From the NCBI GenBank assembly GCA_035543515.1, contig DATKJS010000009.1, forward strand, positions 21,324 through 85,323: a stretch of DNA of 64,000 nt. Direction: 5' to 3'. This document shows, piece by piece, positions 53,662 to 63,082 of this stretch. Origin of the DNA: Terriglobales bacterium (GTDB lineage Bacteria > Acidobacteriota > Aminicenantia > Aminicenantales > Saccharicenantaceae). Below the pieces are notes generated by a model, which made no database searches, was not told where the DNA came from, and was given only the letters and a program-made list of their open reading frames with translations. The position numbers and the translations under genes were made by a program. The number at the start of each line of letters is the position of its first letter. Within the stretch, counting starts at the first letter, position 1.

Positions 53662-54783
53662 CTAGCGGACGGGCCCGACGGCCTCCCGGACGGCGGCGAG
53701 CTTCTCGGGAGACTCGGCCAAGGCCGGCCAGTTCCAGAAGACGACGCCGCGCGAGGGCGGCCTGAGGGCCTCGAGGAGCGCCGCCCGGAATTCGGCCGGC
53801 GTTTCCGGGCCGGGGATGTAGGCCTCCTTGACCTGGATGCTGGGCAGGACGGCGGCGCCGGACACACGCGCCGCGTCCACGACGACCGAATGGACCCACT
53901 CCGGCGTCCGCTTGACCATGTGGTGGTAGCACATCGGCGAGATGAAGTCGACGAGCGGCGCCAGCCGGGCCAAGTCCTGGCCGGCCACGGCGCGGACGGC
54001 TCCGCCGAAATCGCCGGCGCGCCACGGCACGGCGTGGAGGTTGACCTTGATGCCGGGCTTGGCCCGGCGGGCGGCGGCGGCCAGCTCGCGGACCGTATCG
54101 GCGATGACGCCGCACTTCCAGTCCGCCCATTCCCGGGCGTGACGGTCCAGGATCCAGCGGGCGACCTCCGGCGTCCCGGAGAGCGCAGGCGGCACGGCGA
54201 TGCCCGTCTTGCGGGAGAAGTCCTCGAGGCAGGAGGCGTCGAAGCACGTCTGCGGCAGCGACTCCGGCCTCCGGTCGGGATAGACCATTTCCCAGAAGAC
54301 GAAGAAGCGGATGAAGTCCAGGCTGACGCCGTCCGGGTCGGCCTCGCGGACGATCCTCTCCAGGGCGGCGGCCTTCTCCGCCCGGTAATCGGCGCGGGTC
54401 GGACAGACGAACCTCACCCAGTCGTCGGCGGCCCGGCCGCCCTTGTCGGTCGTGGCATAGAGGTCCGGCCGCCGGGCGAGCGCCTCGGCATCGAAGAAGA
54501 CGGGGAAGATGACGAAGGTCGCAACGCCATTCTTCTTCGCCAGGGCCCGGAATTCGGAGTTGGAGAGAAGGGCCGGGCTGACGAAGGCCGCGTTGATGCC
54601 GGCCTCGCGCCAGGCGGAGAAGAGGGCGGAGAGGTCGCCGGCGTGCTCGTAGACCTTGACCCCGACGAGCGGCCGCTCCCGGCGGGAGCCGCCCGCCCGC
54701 CGGGGCAGGGAAAAGACGATGGCGACGGCGGCCACGGCGATGAGAAGGATAACGACCGGGCTCGTCATCCTCTTATGGGGCAT
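53662..54783 (-). CDS. Signal-anchored TIM-barrel glycoside-hydrolase-like protein (uncharacterised family)
   Basis: N-terminal TM and alternating beta/alpha pattern (GVSLDFIRFFVFWE, CYHHM). The family is not identified with confidence. Start set to ATG 54783 behind GGGAGG. Confidence 0.4.
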   Translation of the reverse strand: MPHKRMTSPVVILLIAVAAVAIVFSLPRRAGGSRRERPLVGVKVYEHAGDLSALFSAWREAGINAAFVSPALLSNSEFRALAKKNGVATFVIFPVFFDAEALARRPDLYATTDKGGRAADDWVRFVCPTRADYRAEKAAALERIVREADPDGVSLDFIRFFVFWEMVYPDRRPESLPQTCFDASCLEDFSRKTGIAVPPALSGTPEVARWILDRHAREWADWKCGVIADTVRELAAAARRAKPGIKVNLHAVPWRAGDFGGAVRAVAGQDLARLAPLVDFISPMCYHHMVKRTPEWVHSVVVDAARVSGAAVLPSIQVKEAYIPGPETPAEFRAALLEALRPPSRGVVFWNWPALAESPEKLAAVREAVGPVR

Positions 54784-55014
54784 CACGGCCGCCTCCCTTC
54801 CGCCGGCCCGTCGGCCGGCAGGATGTCCCTCATCAAGAATCGACCCGGATGAGGCCGATGTCCCGGCCGTTCGGCGCACGCCGGCGCCGGGAGGAGCGGG
54901 CCGGCGAGCAGGGCGAACCGGACGCGGGCCTTTGGGTCGTCGGCGGCGGTCATGCGAAAGCATCCTATCCCAGCCCGGGAACAGCCGTCAAGGACCGGGC
55001 CCGGCGGTTGTGCT

Positions 55015-56544
55015 ATGATGGGGGCGATGGTCGACGTCGTCGTGATCGGCGCCGGGCTGGGCGGGTTGATGGCGGCGGCCAAGCTCGCCCGCCGCGGCCG
55101 CAAGGTCCTCGTCCTGGAGAAAAAATCTCTGCCGGGCGGGACGAGCTACGTCTTCCGGCGCGGCGGCTACGCCTTTCCCATGGGCCCTCTCTCGTTCAGC
55201 TTCCCGGGGCGGGTCCGGGATCTCCTGGCCCAGGCGGGAGTCGACGAGCCCGTGGCCTTCCGACGGAGCGGGTTCGAGCTCCGCACCCCCTTCCTTGACG
55301 TCATGATGTCCAAGCCGCTCGAAGACCTCGAGCAGGACCTCCTCGCCGCCTTCCCCGGCGAGGCGGCCGGCCTGACCGAATTCCTCGGCCAGCTCAAGTC
55401 CGCCATCGCGGTCTCGAAAGACATGGACCTCTGGCACCCCGAGTTCGGCGGGGGGGAGCGGAAGCGGGGCCGGGGGCCGCGCCAGGATGTCGGAGCGGCG
55501 GCGAGGGCGGCCGAAGTCCGGCGGCTGGCCGCGACGCCGGCCGCGGACGTCCTCGGCCGGCTCGTCGCGAGCGTCCCCCTCCGGAACTTCCTCGGCTCCA
55601 TGGGCAGCCATCGGCCGGAGATGTCGCTCCTCAACCTCGCGCTGATGTGGAACATCATGGCGGAGGAAGGGATCTGGTTCCCCTCCTGCGGCGTCCACGG
55701 CCTGGCCGACCTCCTCCGGCGCAAGGTCGCGGACTTCGGAGGCGAGGTCCGGCTGTCCGAGCCCGTCTCGCGGATCCTCATCCGCGACGGCCGGGCCGCG
55801 GGGGCCGTCACGGCCGGCGGGGCGACGGTCGAGGCGCGGTGGGTCGTCTCCAACGCGGACTACAAGACGACCTTCCTCGAGCTCCTCGACCCGGCGGACA
55901 TCCCCGGGATCGACCTCGGCCCGGTCCGGGCCGCGCCCTACACGGAGTCGGAGCTCTGCGTCTATCTCGGGCTCGTGCCGGAGCGCGTCGACCTCGGCGC
56001 GGTCCACGCGGAGCACCTGTTCTTCAGGAAAGAGGTCCGGCAGGAAGGCGTCTCGGGCCCGGAGGATTTCGACGGCCGCGAGGTCGAGGTCTGCCACTGG
56101 TCCCGCCAGGCCCCCGAGCTTGCGCCGGCGGGCCGCGCCTCGCTCGTCCTGCGCGTCGGCTTTCCCTACGGGCATTTCGCCGCCTGGCGGACCGGAGAGA
56201 AGACGAGGAAGCACGGATACAGGGAAGAAAAGGCGCGCCTGGCCGGCAAGCTCATCCGGACGGTCGAGACGATCCTGCCCGGTCTCTCGACCGCCGTCGA
56301 GGTCATGGAATCGGCGACGCCCCTGACGTACCGGGATTGGGGCGGGAGGTACCAGGGCTCGATCGCGGGCTGGAGCTGGGGGGCGGGAGCGTCCGGCGTC
56401 CTTCCGGGGAAGCTCCTCGTCCGGACCCCGGTCCCCGGGCTCCTCGCCGCCGGGGCGTACGCCGCCTCGGAGCTTTTCCTGGGCGGCGTGCCGACCGCGC
56501 TCTGCACGGGCAGCCTCGCGGCGGATTATATTCTGGGCGGCTGA
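55015..56544 (+). CDS. Phytoene desaturase (CrtI)-family NAD(P)/FAD-dependent oxidoreductase
   Basis: VDVVVIGAGLGGLMAAAKLARRGRKVLVLEKKSLPGG dinucleotide fold and a CrtI-like C-terminus (GLLAAGAYA..GGVPTA). The start could be 55015, 55018 or 55027. Confidence 0.7.
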   Translation: MMGAMVDVVVIGAGLGGLMAAAKLARRGRKVLVLEKKSLPGGTSYVFRRGGYAFPMGPLSFSFPGRVRDLLAQAGVDEPVAFRRSGFELRTPFLDVMMSKPLEDLEQDLLAAFPGEAAGLTEFLGQLKSAIAVSKDMDLWHPEFGGGERKRGRGPRQDVGAAARAAEVRRLAATPAADVLGRLVASVPLRNFLGSMGSHRPEMSLLNLALMWNIMAEEGIWFPSCGVHGLADLLRRKVADFGGEVRLSEPVSRILIRDGRAAGAVTAGGATVEARWVVSNADYKTTFLELLDPADIPGIDLGPVRAAPYTESELCVYLGLVPERVDLGAVHAEHLFFRKEVRQEGVSGPEDFDGREVEVCHWSRQAPELAPAGRASLVLRVGFPYGHFAAWRTGEKTRKHGYREEKARLAGKLIRTVETILPGLSTAVEVMESATPLTYRDWGGRYQGSIAGWSWGAGASGVLPGKLLVRTPVPGLLAAGAYAASELFLGGVPTALCTGSLAADYILGG

Positions 56545-56594
56545 GAAGGGGGACGCGCGGCTGGGCGCGGGCCCTCAGCCCTCACCGTCGGCCG

Positions 56595-57566
56595 CTAGGC
56601 GAGGACCTTGAGCAGGTGATAGTCGTCGCCGACCTCGCACGTCTTCGGGCGGATGGCGGTTTCCAGGGGCACGTGCTCCAGCGCCCCGTGCCTGAAGCTG
56701 ACGCAGATGTCGGAGGCGCCTCCGGCCAGGGCCTCGACGGCGGCGTGGCCGAGGCGGGCGGCCAGGATCCGGTCGAGGGCCGTCGGCCGGCCGCCCCGCT
56801 GGATGTGACCGAGGACGGCGATCCTCGTTTCGAGCCCCGTCTCCCGGGTGACGGCGGCGCCCACGTCCTCGGCCCTGGCCCTGCCTTCGGCGACGATGAC
56901 GATCCAGCTGGCCTTGCCGCGCGAGCGGCCCTCGGTGATCTCCCGGCACATCGCCGCGAGGTCGAAGTCCCGCTCGGGCAGAAGGACCTCCTCGCAGCCG
57001 CCCGCCAGGGCGACCTGCATGGCGATGTAGCCGCAGCGCCGGCCCATGACCTCGACGATGAAGATCCTCTCCAGGCTCGTGGCCGTGTCGCGGATCTTGT
57101 CCAGGGCGTCCAGGGCGACGTTGACGGAGGTGTCGGCGCCGATCGTGAGGTCGACGCCGTTGACGTCATTGTCGATCGTCGCCGGGACGCCGACGACCTG
57201 GACCCCGTAACGCGTGGCAAGGACGTGGGCGCCCGTCAGGGAGCCGTTCCCGCCGATCACGACGAGGCCGTCCACGGCGCGGTCGCGGAGGGCGCGCGCG
57301 GCACGGGCCTGCCCTTCCTCGGTGAAGAAGCGCCCAGAGCGGGAGCTCTTGAGGATCGTGCCGCCGAGGTTGATGATGCTCGAGACCGAGCGGCGGTCGA
57401 GGGGCACGAGGTCGGCGTCGACAAGCCCGTCGTAGCCGCGCAGGACGCCGAGCACGTCGAGCCCGGCCGAGGTCGCGGTGCGGACGGCGGCCCGGATGGC
57501 GGCGTTGACCCCGGCGCAGTCCCGGGTCAGGATGGCGATGCGGTCCACCGCGCCATTATACCTCAA
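56595..57566 (-). CDS. pfkA: 6-phosphofructokinase family protein with atypical nucleotide-binding motifs
   Basis: PATIDND, VEVMGRRCGYIA and LGHIQRGG are conserved. However, the N-terminal GGDAPGMN loop reads RDCAGVN (two residues shorter) and GGDGS reads GGNGS. Confidence 0.75.
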   Translation of the reverse strand: MRYNGAVDRIAILTRDCAGVNAAIRAAVRTATSAGLDVLGVLRGYDGLVDADLVPLDRRSVSSIINLGGTILKSSRSGRFFTEEGQARAARALRDRAVDGLVVIGGNGSLTGAHVLATRYGVQVVGVPATIDNDVNGVDLTIGADTSVNVALDALDKIRDTATSLERIFIVEVMGRRCGYIAMQVALAGGCEEVLLPERDFDLAAMCREITEGRSRGKASWIVIVAEGRARAEDVGAAVTRETGLETRIAVLGHIQRGGRPTALDRILAARLGHAAVEALAGGASDICVSFRHGALEHVPLETAIRPKTCEVGDDYHLLKVLA

Positions 57567-57785
57567 TTCGGGAGGGACAGTCCGCCCTTCCAGGAAGTAT
57601 CGCGAGGGTCCTGTCGCGGCTTGAAAGCAGGATCTTCACTCAAGGTATTTCCCAGAGGCGAGGCGCCGGGTCACTCCGCCTCACTTCTGCCGGTCGCTTC
57701 TAAGGATCCGCTCCCTGCCGGCCGGGGGCCTCTGGGCCGCGCCCCCCGATCACGACTGGAGTCCCGCGGGACTATCCCTTCCTTC

Positions 57786-57814
57786 TTGATATTGGAAGCC
57801 TCCGGCCGTAGAAT
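57786..57814 (+). promoter_or_regulatory. Sigma-70-type promoter of the lemA operon (TTGATA-N17-TAGAAT)
   Basis: Read directly, about 55 nt upstream of ATG 57869. Confidence 0.5.
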
Positions 57815-57868
57815 GGAATGCGGCTCCCGCGGCGCGGGGGCTATTCTCGGAGAAAGGGAGGTCCACGC

Positions 57869-58474
57869 ATGGCCAACAAGAGATTCGCCATCGGCTGCCT
57901 GGTCGTCCTCGTCCTGGCGGTCCTCATCGTCGGGCTGTACGCGGCCGGCGTCTACAACTCGCTCGTCAGGCTCGACCAGAAGGTTCAGTCTCAATGGGCC
58001 CAGGTCGAGAACCAGTACCAGAGGCGGGCGGACCTCGTCCCGAACCTCGTCGAGACGGTCAAGGGCGCGGCGGATTTCGAGAAGTCGACCTTCACCGCCG
58101 TCACCGAGGCCCGGGCCAAGGTCGGCCAGGTCCAGATCGCTCCCGGCCAGCTCAACGCCGAGAACTTCGCCAAGTTCCAGGAGGCGCAGGACGGGCTGTC
58201 CTCGGCCCTGTCGCGGCTGCTCGTCGTCATGGAAAAATACCCCGACCTCAAGGCCACCGAGAATTTCAAGACCCTCCAGGCCCAGCTCGAAGGCACCGAG
58301 AATCGGATCGCCGTCGAGCGCATGCGCTTCAACGAGGCGGCCCAGGCCTTCAACACGCGGCGGATGAGCTTCCCGGCCGTCCTCATCGCCGGGCTCTTCG
58401 GCTCGCGCTTCGCCGAGAAGCCTTACTTCAAGGCCCAGGCCGGCGCCGAGACGGCCCCCAAGGTCAAGTTCTAG
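57869..58474 (+). CDS. lemA: LemA family protein
   Basis: N-terminal TM, then YNSLVRLDQKVQSQWAQVENQYQRRADLVPNLVETVKG (LemA signature). Confidence 0.9.
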   Translation: MANKRFAIGCLVVLVLAVLIVGLYAAGVYNSLVRLDQKVQSQWAQVENQYQRRADLVPNLVETVKGAADFEKSTFTAVTEARAKVGQVQIAPGQLNAENFAKFQEAQDGLSSALSRLLVVMEKYPDLKATENFKTLQAQLEGTENRIAVERMRFNEAAQAFNTRRMSFPAVLIAGLFGSRFAEKPYFKAQAGAETAPKVKF

Positions 58475-58484
58475 GCGCCCGTCC

Positions 58485-59252
58485 GTGACCGTCCGAGCCC
58501 GCCTCCGCCCGCTCGCCCTCCTCGCGGCCCTGCTGCTGGCCGCGGCCGGAGGCCTCCGCGCCGCCGAGGAGGCGAGGATCCCGCCGGCGCCCACGCGCTG
58601 GGCGACGGACGCGGCCGGGTTCCTCTCCGCCGACACGGTCGATTCCCTGGACGTACGGCTCGAGGCCTTCGAGCACGAAACCGGCCACCAGGTCCTCGTC
58701 TACGTCGGCCGGACGACGAACGGCGTCCCGATCGAAGATTGGGCGGTCAAGGCTTTCGAGGCCTGGAAGGTCGGCCGAAAGGGCCTCGACGACGGCCTCG
58801 TCCTGTTCATCATGGCCGAGGACCGGAAGGTCAAGATCGAAGTCGGCTATGGGCTCGAGGACCGCGTGACCGACGCCGAGGCCTCCCGGGTCATCAACGA
58901 CATCCTCATCCCGGGGTTCCGCAACGGGCAGCAGGACGCGGCCGTCTCGGAGGCCGTCACGAGCCTCCTCGCGACGATCTACGGACGCGACGAGGGGCGG
59001 GGACTGGAACGTCCTGCGGGACCCTCGGCCAACAGGCGCGGCCGTTCGACCGTCGGCACGGTCTTCATCATCATCGCCGGCATCTTCTTCCTCATCCTCC
59101 TCGTCACCCACCCCGCCCTGGCCCTGTGGCTTCTCTTCAACATCTTTTCCGGCGGCGGCCGCGGCGGGGGAGGCTGGGGCGGAGGCGGGGGCGGCGGCTA
59201 CAGCGGCGGCGGCGGCCGCTCGGGCGGCGGCGGCGCCTCCGGGTCGTGGTGA
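58485..59252 (+). CDS. TPM domain protein (YgcG-like) with Gly-rich C-terminal tail
   Basis: Signal peptide, then VLVYVGRTTNG.., DDGLVLFIMAEDRKVKIEVGYGLE, a TM and GGGRGGGGWGGGGGGGYSGGGG. GTG start. Confidence 0.85.
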   Translation: MTVRARLRPLALLAALLLAAAGGLRAAEEARIPPAPTRWATDAAGFLSADTVDSLDVRLEAFEHETGHQVLVYVGRTTNGVPIEDWAVKAFEAWKVGRKGLDDGLVLFIMAEDRKVKIEVGYGLEDRVTDAEASRVINDILIPGFRNGQQDAAVSEAVTSLLATIYGRDEGRGLERPAGPSANRRGRSTVGTVFIIIAGIFFLILLVTHPALALWLLFNIFSGGGRGGGGWGGGGGGGYSGGGGRSGGGGASGSW

Positions 59253-59263
59253 GGGAGGGTGCG

Positions 59264-59713
59264 ATGACGGTCCGCGGCAGGCGCAAGCTGATGAAGGCGG
59301 TCGACATCGAGCGGGTCAAGACGGCCATCCGCGAGGCCGAGCGCGAGACCTCCGGGGAGATCCGGGTCTCCGTGGCCCCGTATTTCTGGGGCCCGGTCCG
59401 GCGCGTCGCCGAGCGGGCCTTCGAGCGGCTGGGCATGCGCAAGACCCGGCAGCGCAACGGCATCCTGTTTTTCTTCGTCCCCTCACGCCGCCGCTTCGTC
59501 GTCCTCGGCGACGAGGGCATCGACGCCGCGGTCGGGCAGGACTTCTGGGACTCCCTGGCCTCCATCCTGTCCGCCCACTTCCGCAAGGGCGAATTCACCG
59601 AGGGGCTGGTCCGGGCCATCGGCGAGGCGGGGGCCAAGCTGGCCGCCCATTTCCCTTGCGACCCCGCGACCGACGTCAACGAGCTCCCCGACGACGTCGA
59701 CTTCGGAAAATAG
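59264..59713 (+). CDS. TPM domain protein (cytoplasmic type)
   Basis: ETSGEIRVSVAP.., RNGILFFFVPSRRRFVVLGDEGI. The LemA-TPM-TPM gene order is typical. RBS GAGGGAGGG. Confidence 0.75.
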   Translation: MTVRGRRKLMKAVDIERVKTAIREAERETSGEIRVSVAPYFWGPVRRVAERAFERLGMRKTRQRNGILFFFVPSRRRFVVLGDEGIDAAVGQDFWDSLASILSAHFRKGEFTEGLVRAIGEAGAKLAAHFPCDPATDVNELPDDVDFGK

Positions 59714-59761
59714 GGTTCGCTCCCTGCCGGACGGGTCCCGTCCGCGCCGGTCCACGGTCAT

Positions 59762-59876
59762 GGTGGCGCCAAGGCCGTCCTTATCCCCCGGCCCCGGGAA
59801 CCTGTCCCGGTTCCCCCGTCGCAAGGTTGACGGGCCCCCCTCCAAACGGGGGCTTTCGGACGGCCCCGGCGCCACC
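59762..59876 (+). repeat. 115-nt core repeat, copy B
   Basis: 108/115 identical to the reverse complement of 35925-36039. Predicted fold: P1 GGUGGCGCC/GGCGCCACC, P2 GGCCGUCC/GGACGGCC, and hairpins GGGAACC-N6-GGUUCCC, CCCGUCG-N6-UGACGGG (with a G-U pair) and CCCCC-N8-GGGGG. Confidence 0.9.
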
Positions 59877-60077
59877 TGCGCCTGCCTCCGCCCGTCCTCA
59901 AGGGAGTCGGCGGGACTGGCACCGGCCGCTTGCCCGCTTCAGCTAAATGAAACGGAGAGCGTAGGGGCGGTTCCCGAAGGGAGGCATGGGCAGGCCGAGC
60001 GGGCACGGATGGGCATCGAAGGTCCCAGAGCGAGGCCTGTCCTTGAGCGGGTTGGACTCGCCGGGGCCAACCAGCGT

Positions 60078-60106
60078 CCGAACGCAGGGAACACCCCGAG
60101 CTCGAT
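60078..60106 (+). repeat. 29-nt motif S, copy 2 (CCGAACGCAGGGAACACCCCGAGCTCGAT)
   Basis: 26/29 identical to 35871-35899 in the same orientation, 85 nt upstream of ATG 60191. Confidence 0.6.
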
Positions 60107-60190
60107 CTCGTTATGGCGGGCGCGTTTTGACGCCGGCGGCCGGAATGTGCTACAAATCCCCTCTTCGCAGCCTGATCGAAGGGAGGACGG

Positions 60191-62314
<2,124 letters not shown>

Positions 62315-62411
62315 GGGCCCGCTTTCGGGAAGAAGGGATCGCTTCGGGGGACCGGCCCGCGGGGGCGGTCTCCCGGGCCTCTTGGGGGAAGGACGCGGAC
62401 GTCGCGGGAAC

Positions 62412-62966
62412 CTAGCGCTTGTCCGGCGCGCCCTGCTTGCCGGCCTCGACCTGGCCCTTGAGCCGGGCCACCTCGTCCTGAACGCGCTGGAGCTTCTGCG
62501 TCGTGGTCTCGATCTGCTGGAGGATGGCGTCTTTGGGCGTCATCGTGTCGAGGCTGTTGGACTGTTGCATCAGCGAGTTCAGCTTGGTCGTCAGCAGGTC
62601 GACGAGCTCCTCGGCCGCCTTCAGCCGGGAGGCCGTGTCCGCGCCCGGGCCGGACTCGGCCTTGCTGAAGAGCTCGGGACCGTTCTTGATGACCGTCGGG
62701 TTCATGACGACCCCGTCCGCGCCGGCCGGCTCGCCGCTCGGCAGGACCGTGGGTTGGTTCGGGTCCTGCGCCTCGTCCGGGGTGCCGACGACGACGGCGG
62801 GTGTCTTGCGGACGGCGGCCAGGTCGGCGTTGGTGACGACCTTGGCCCGGTTCGTGCCGAGGGCGGCCCGGCGGGCCTTTTCCTGCTTGGCCAGGTCGGA
62901 GACGCTCTGGGCGTAGAGCGACCCGACGAGGGCCGCGAAAACCGCGATAACGATCGTTTTCTTCAT
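62412..62966 (-). CDS. Hypothetical secreted protein with C-terminal coiled coil
   Basis: Signal peptide MKKTIVIAVFAALVGSLYA, a low-complexity middle region and a Gln/Leu-rich C-terminal helix. Confidence 0.5.
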   Translation of the reverse strand: MKKTIVIAVFAALVGSLYAQSVSDLAKQEKARRAALGTNRAKVVTNADLAAVRKTPAVVVGTPDEAQDPNQPTVLPSGEPAGADGVVMNPTVIKNGPELFSKAESGPGADTASRLKAAEELVDLLTTKLNSLMQQSNSLDTMTPKDAILQQIETTTQKLQRVQDEVARLKGQVEAGKQGAPDKR

Positions 62967-63036
62967 CTTCGAACCACCTTCGTCATTGTCCCACGCCGGC
63001 CGGCCACCGTCAAGGCGGCCCCGGTTCCCGATGCGA

Positions 63037-63073
63037 AGAGGGGACAGTCCCCCCGGGAGGGGACTGTCCCTCT
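63037..63073 (-). terminator. 15-bp GC hairpin after the pilY1-like stop (possible terminator without a U-tract)
   Basis: Minus strand: AGAGGGACAGTCCCC-tcccgg-GGGGACTGTCCCCTCT with one bulge, 10 nt after the stop at 63083. No T-run follows. Confidence 0.4.
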
Positions 63074-63082
63074 GGACGAGCG

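Noticed and set aside
57574-57583. Short exact repeats shared between intergenic regions (GGGACAGTCC at 57574 and 63041; CGCTCCCTGCCGG at 57709 and 59718)
   Set aside because: In 128 kb of two-strand sequence with this base composition, many 10-13-mer coincidences are expected by chance. There is no extended similarity around them.
35925-59876. The 23.7-kb segment bracketed by the inverted core copies as a composite transposon or genomic island
   Set aside because: The content is core housekeeping (rsmD, rpmE, prfA, prmC, hutU, glgC, pfkA). There are no mobility genes. I see no compositional break apart from two short AT-rich promoters. Recombination-mediated inversion remains possible and is noted in the findings.
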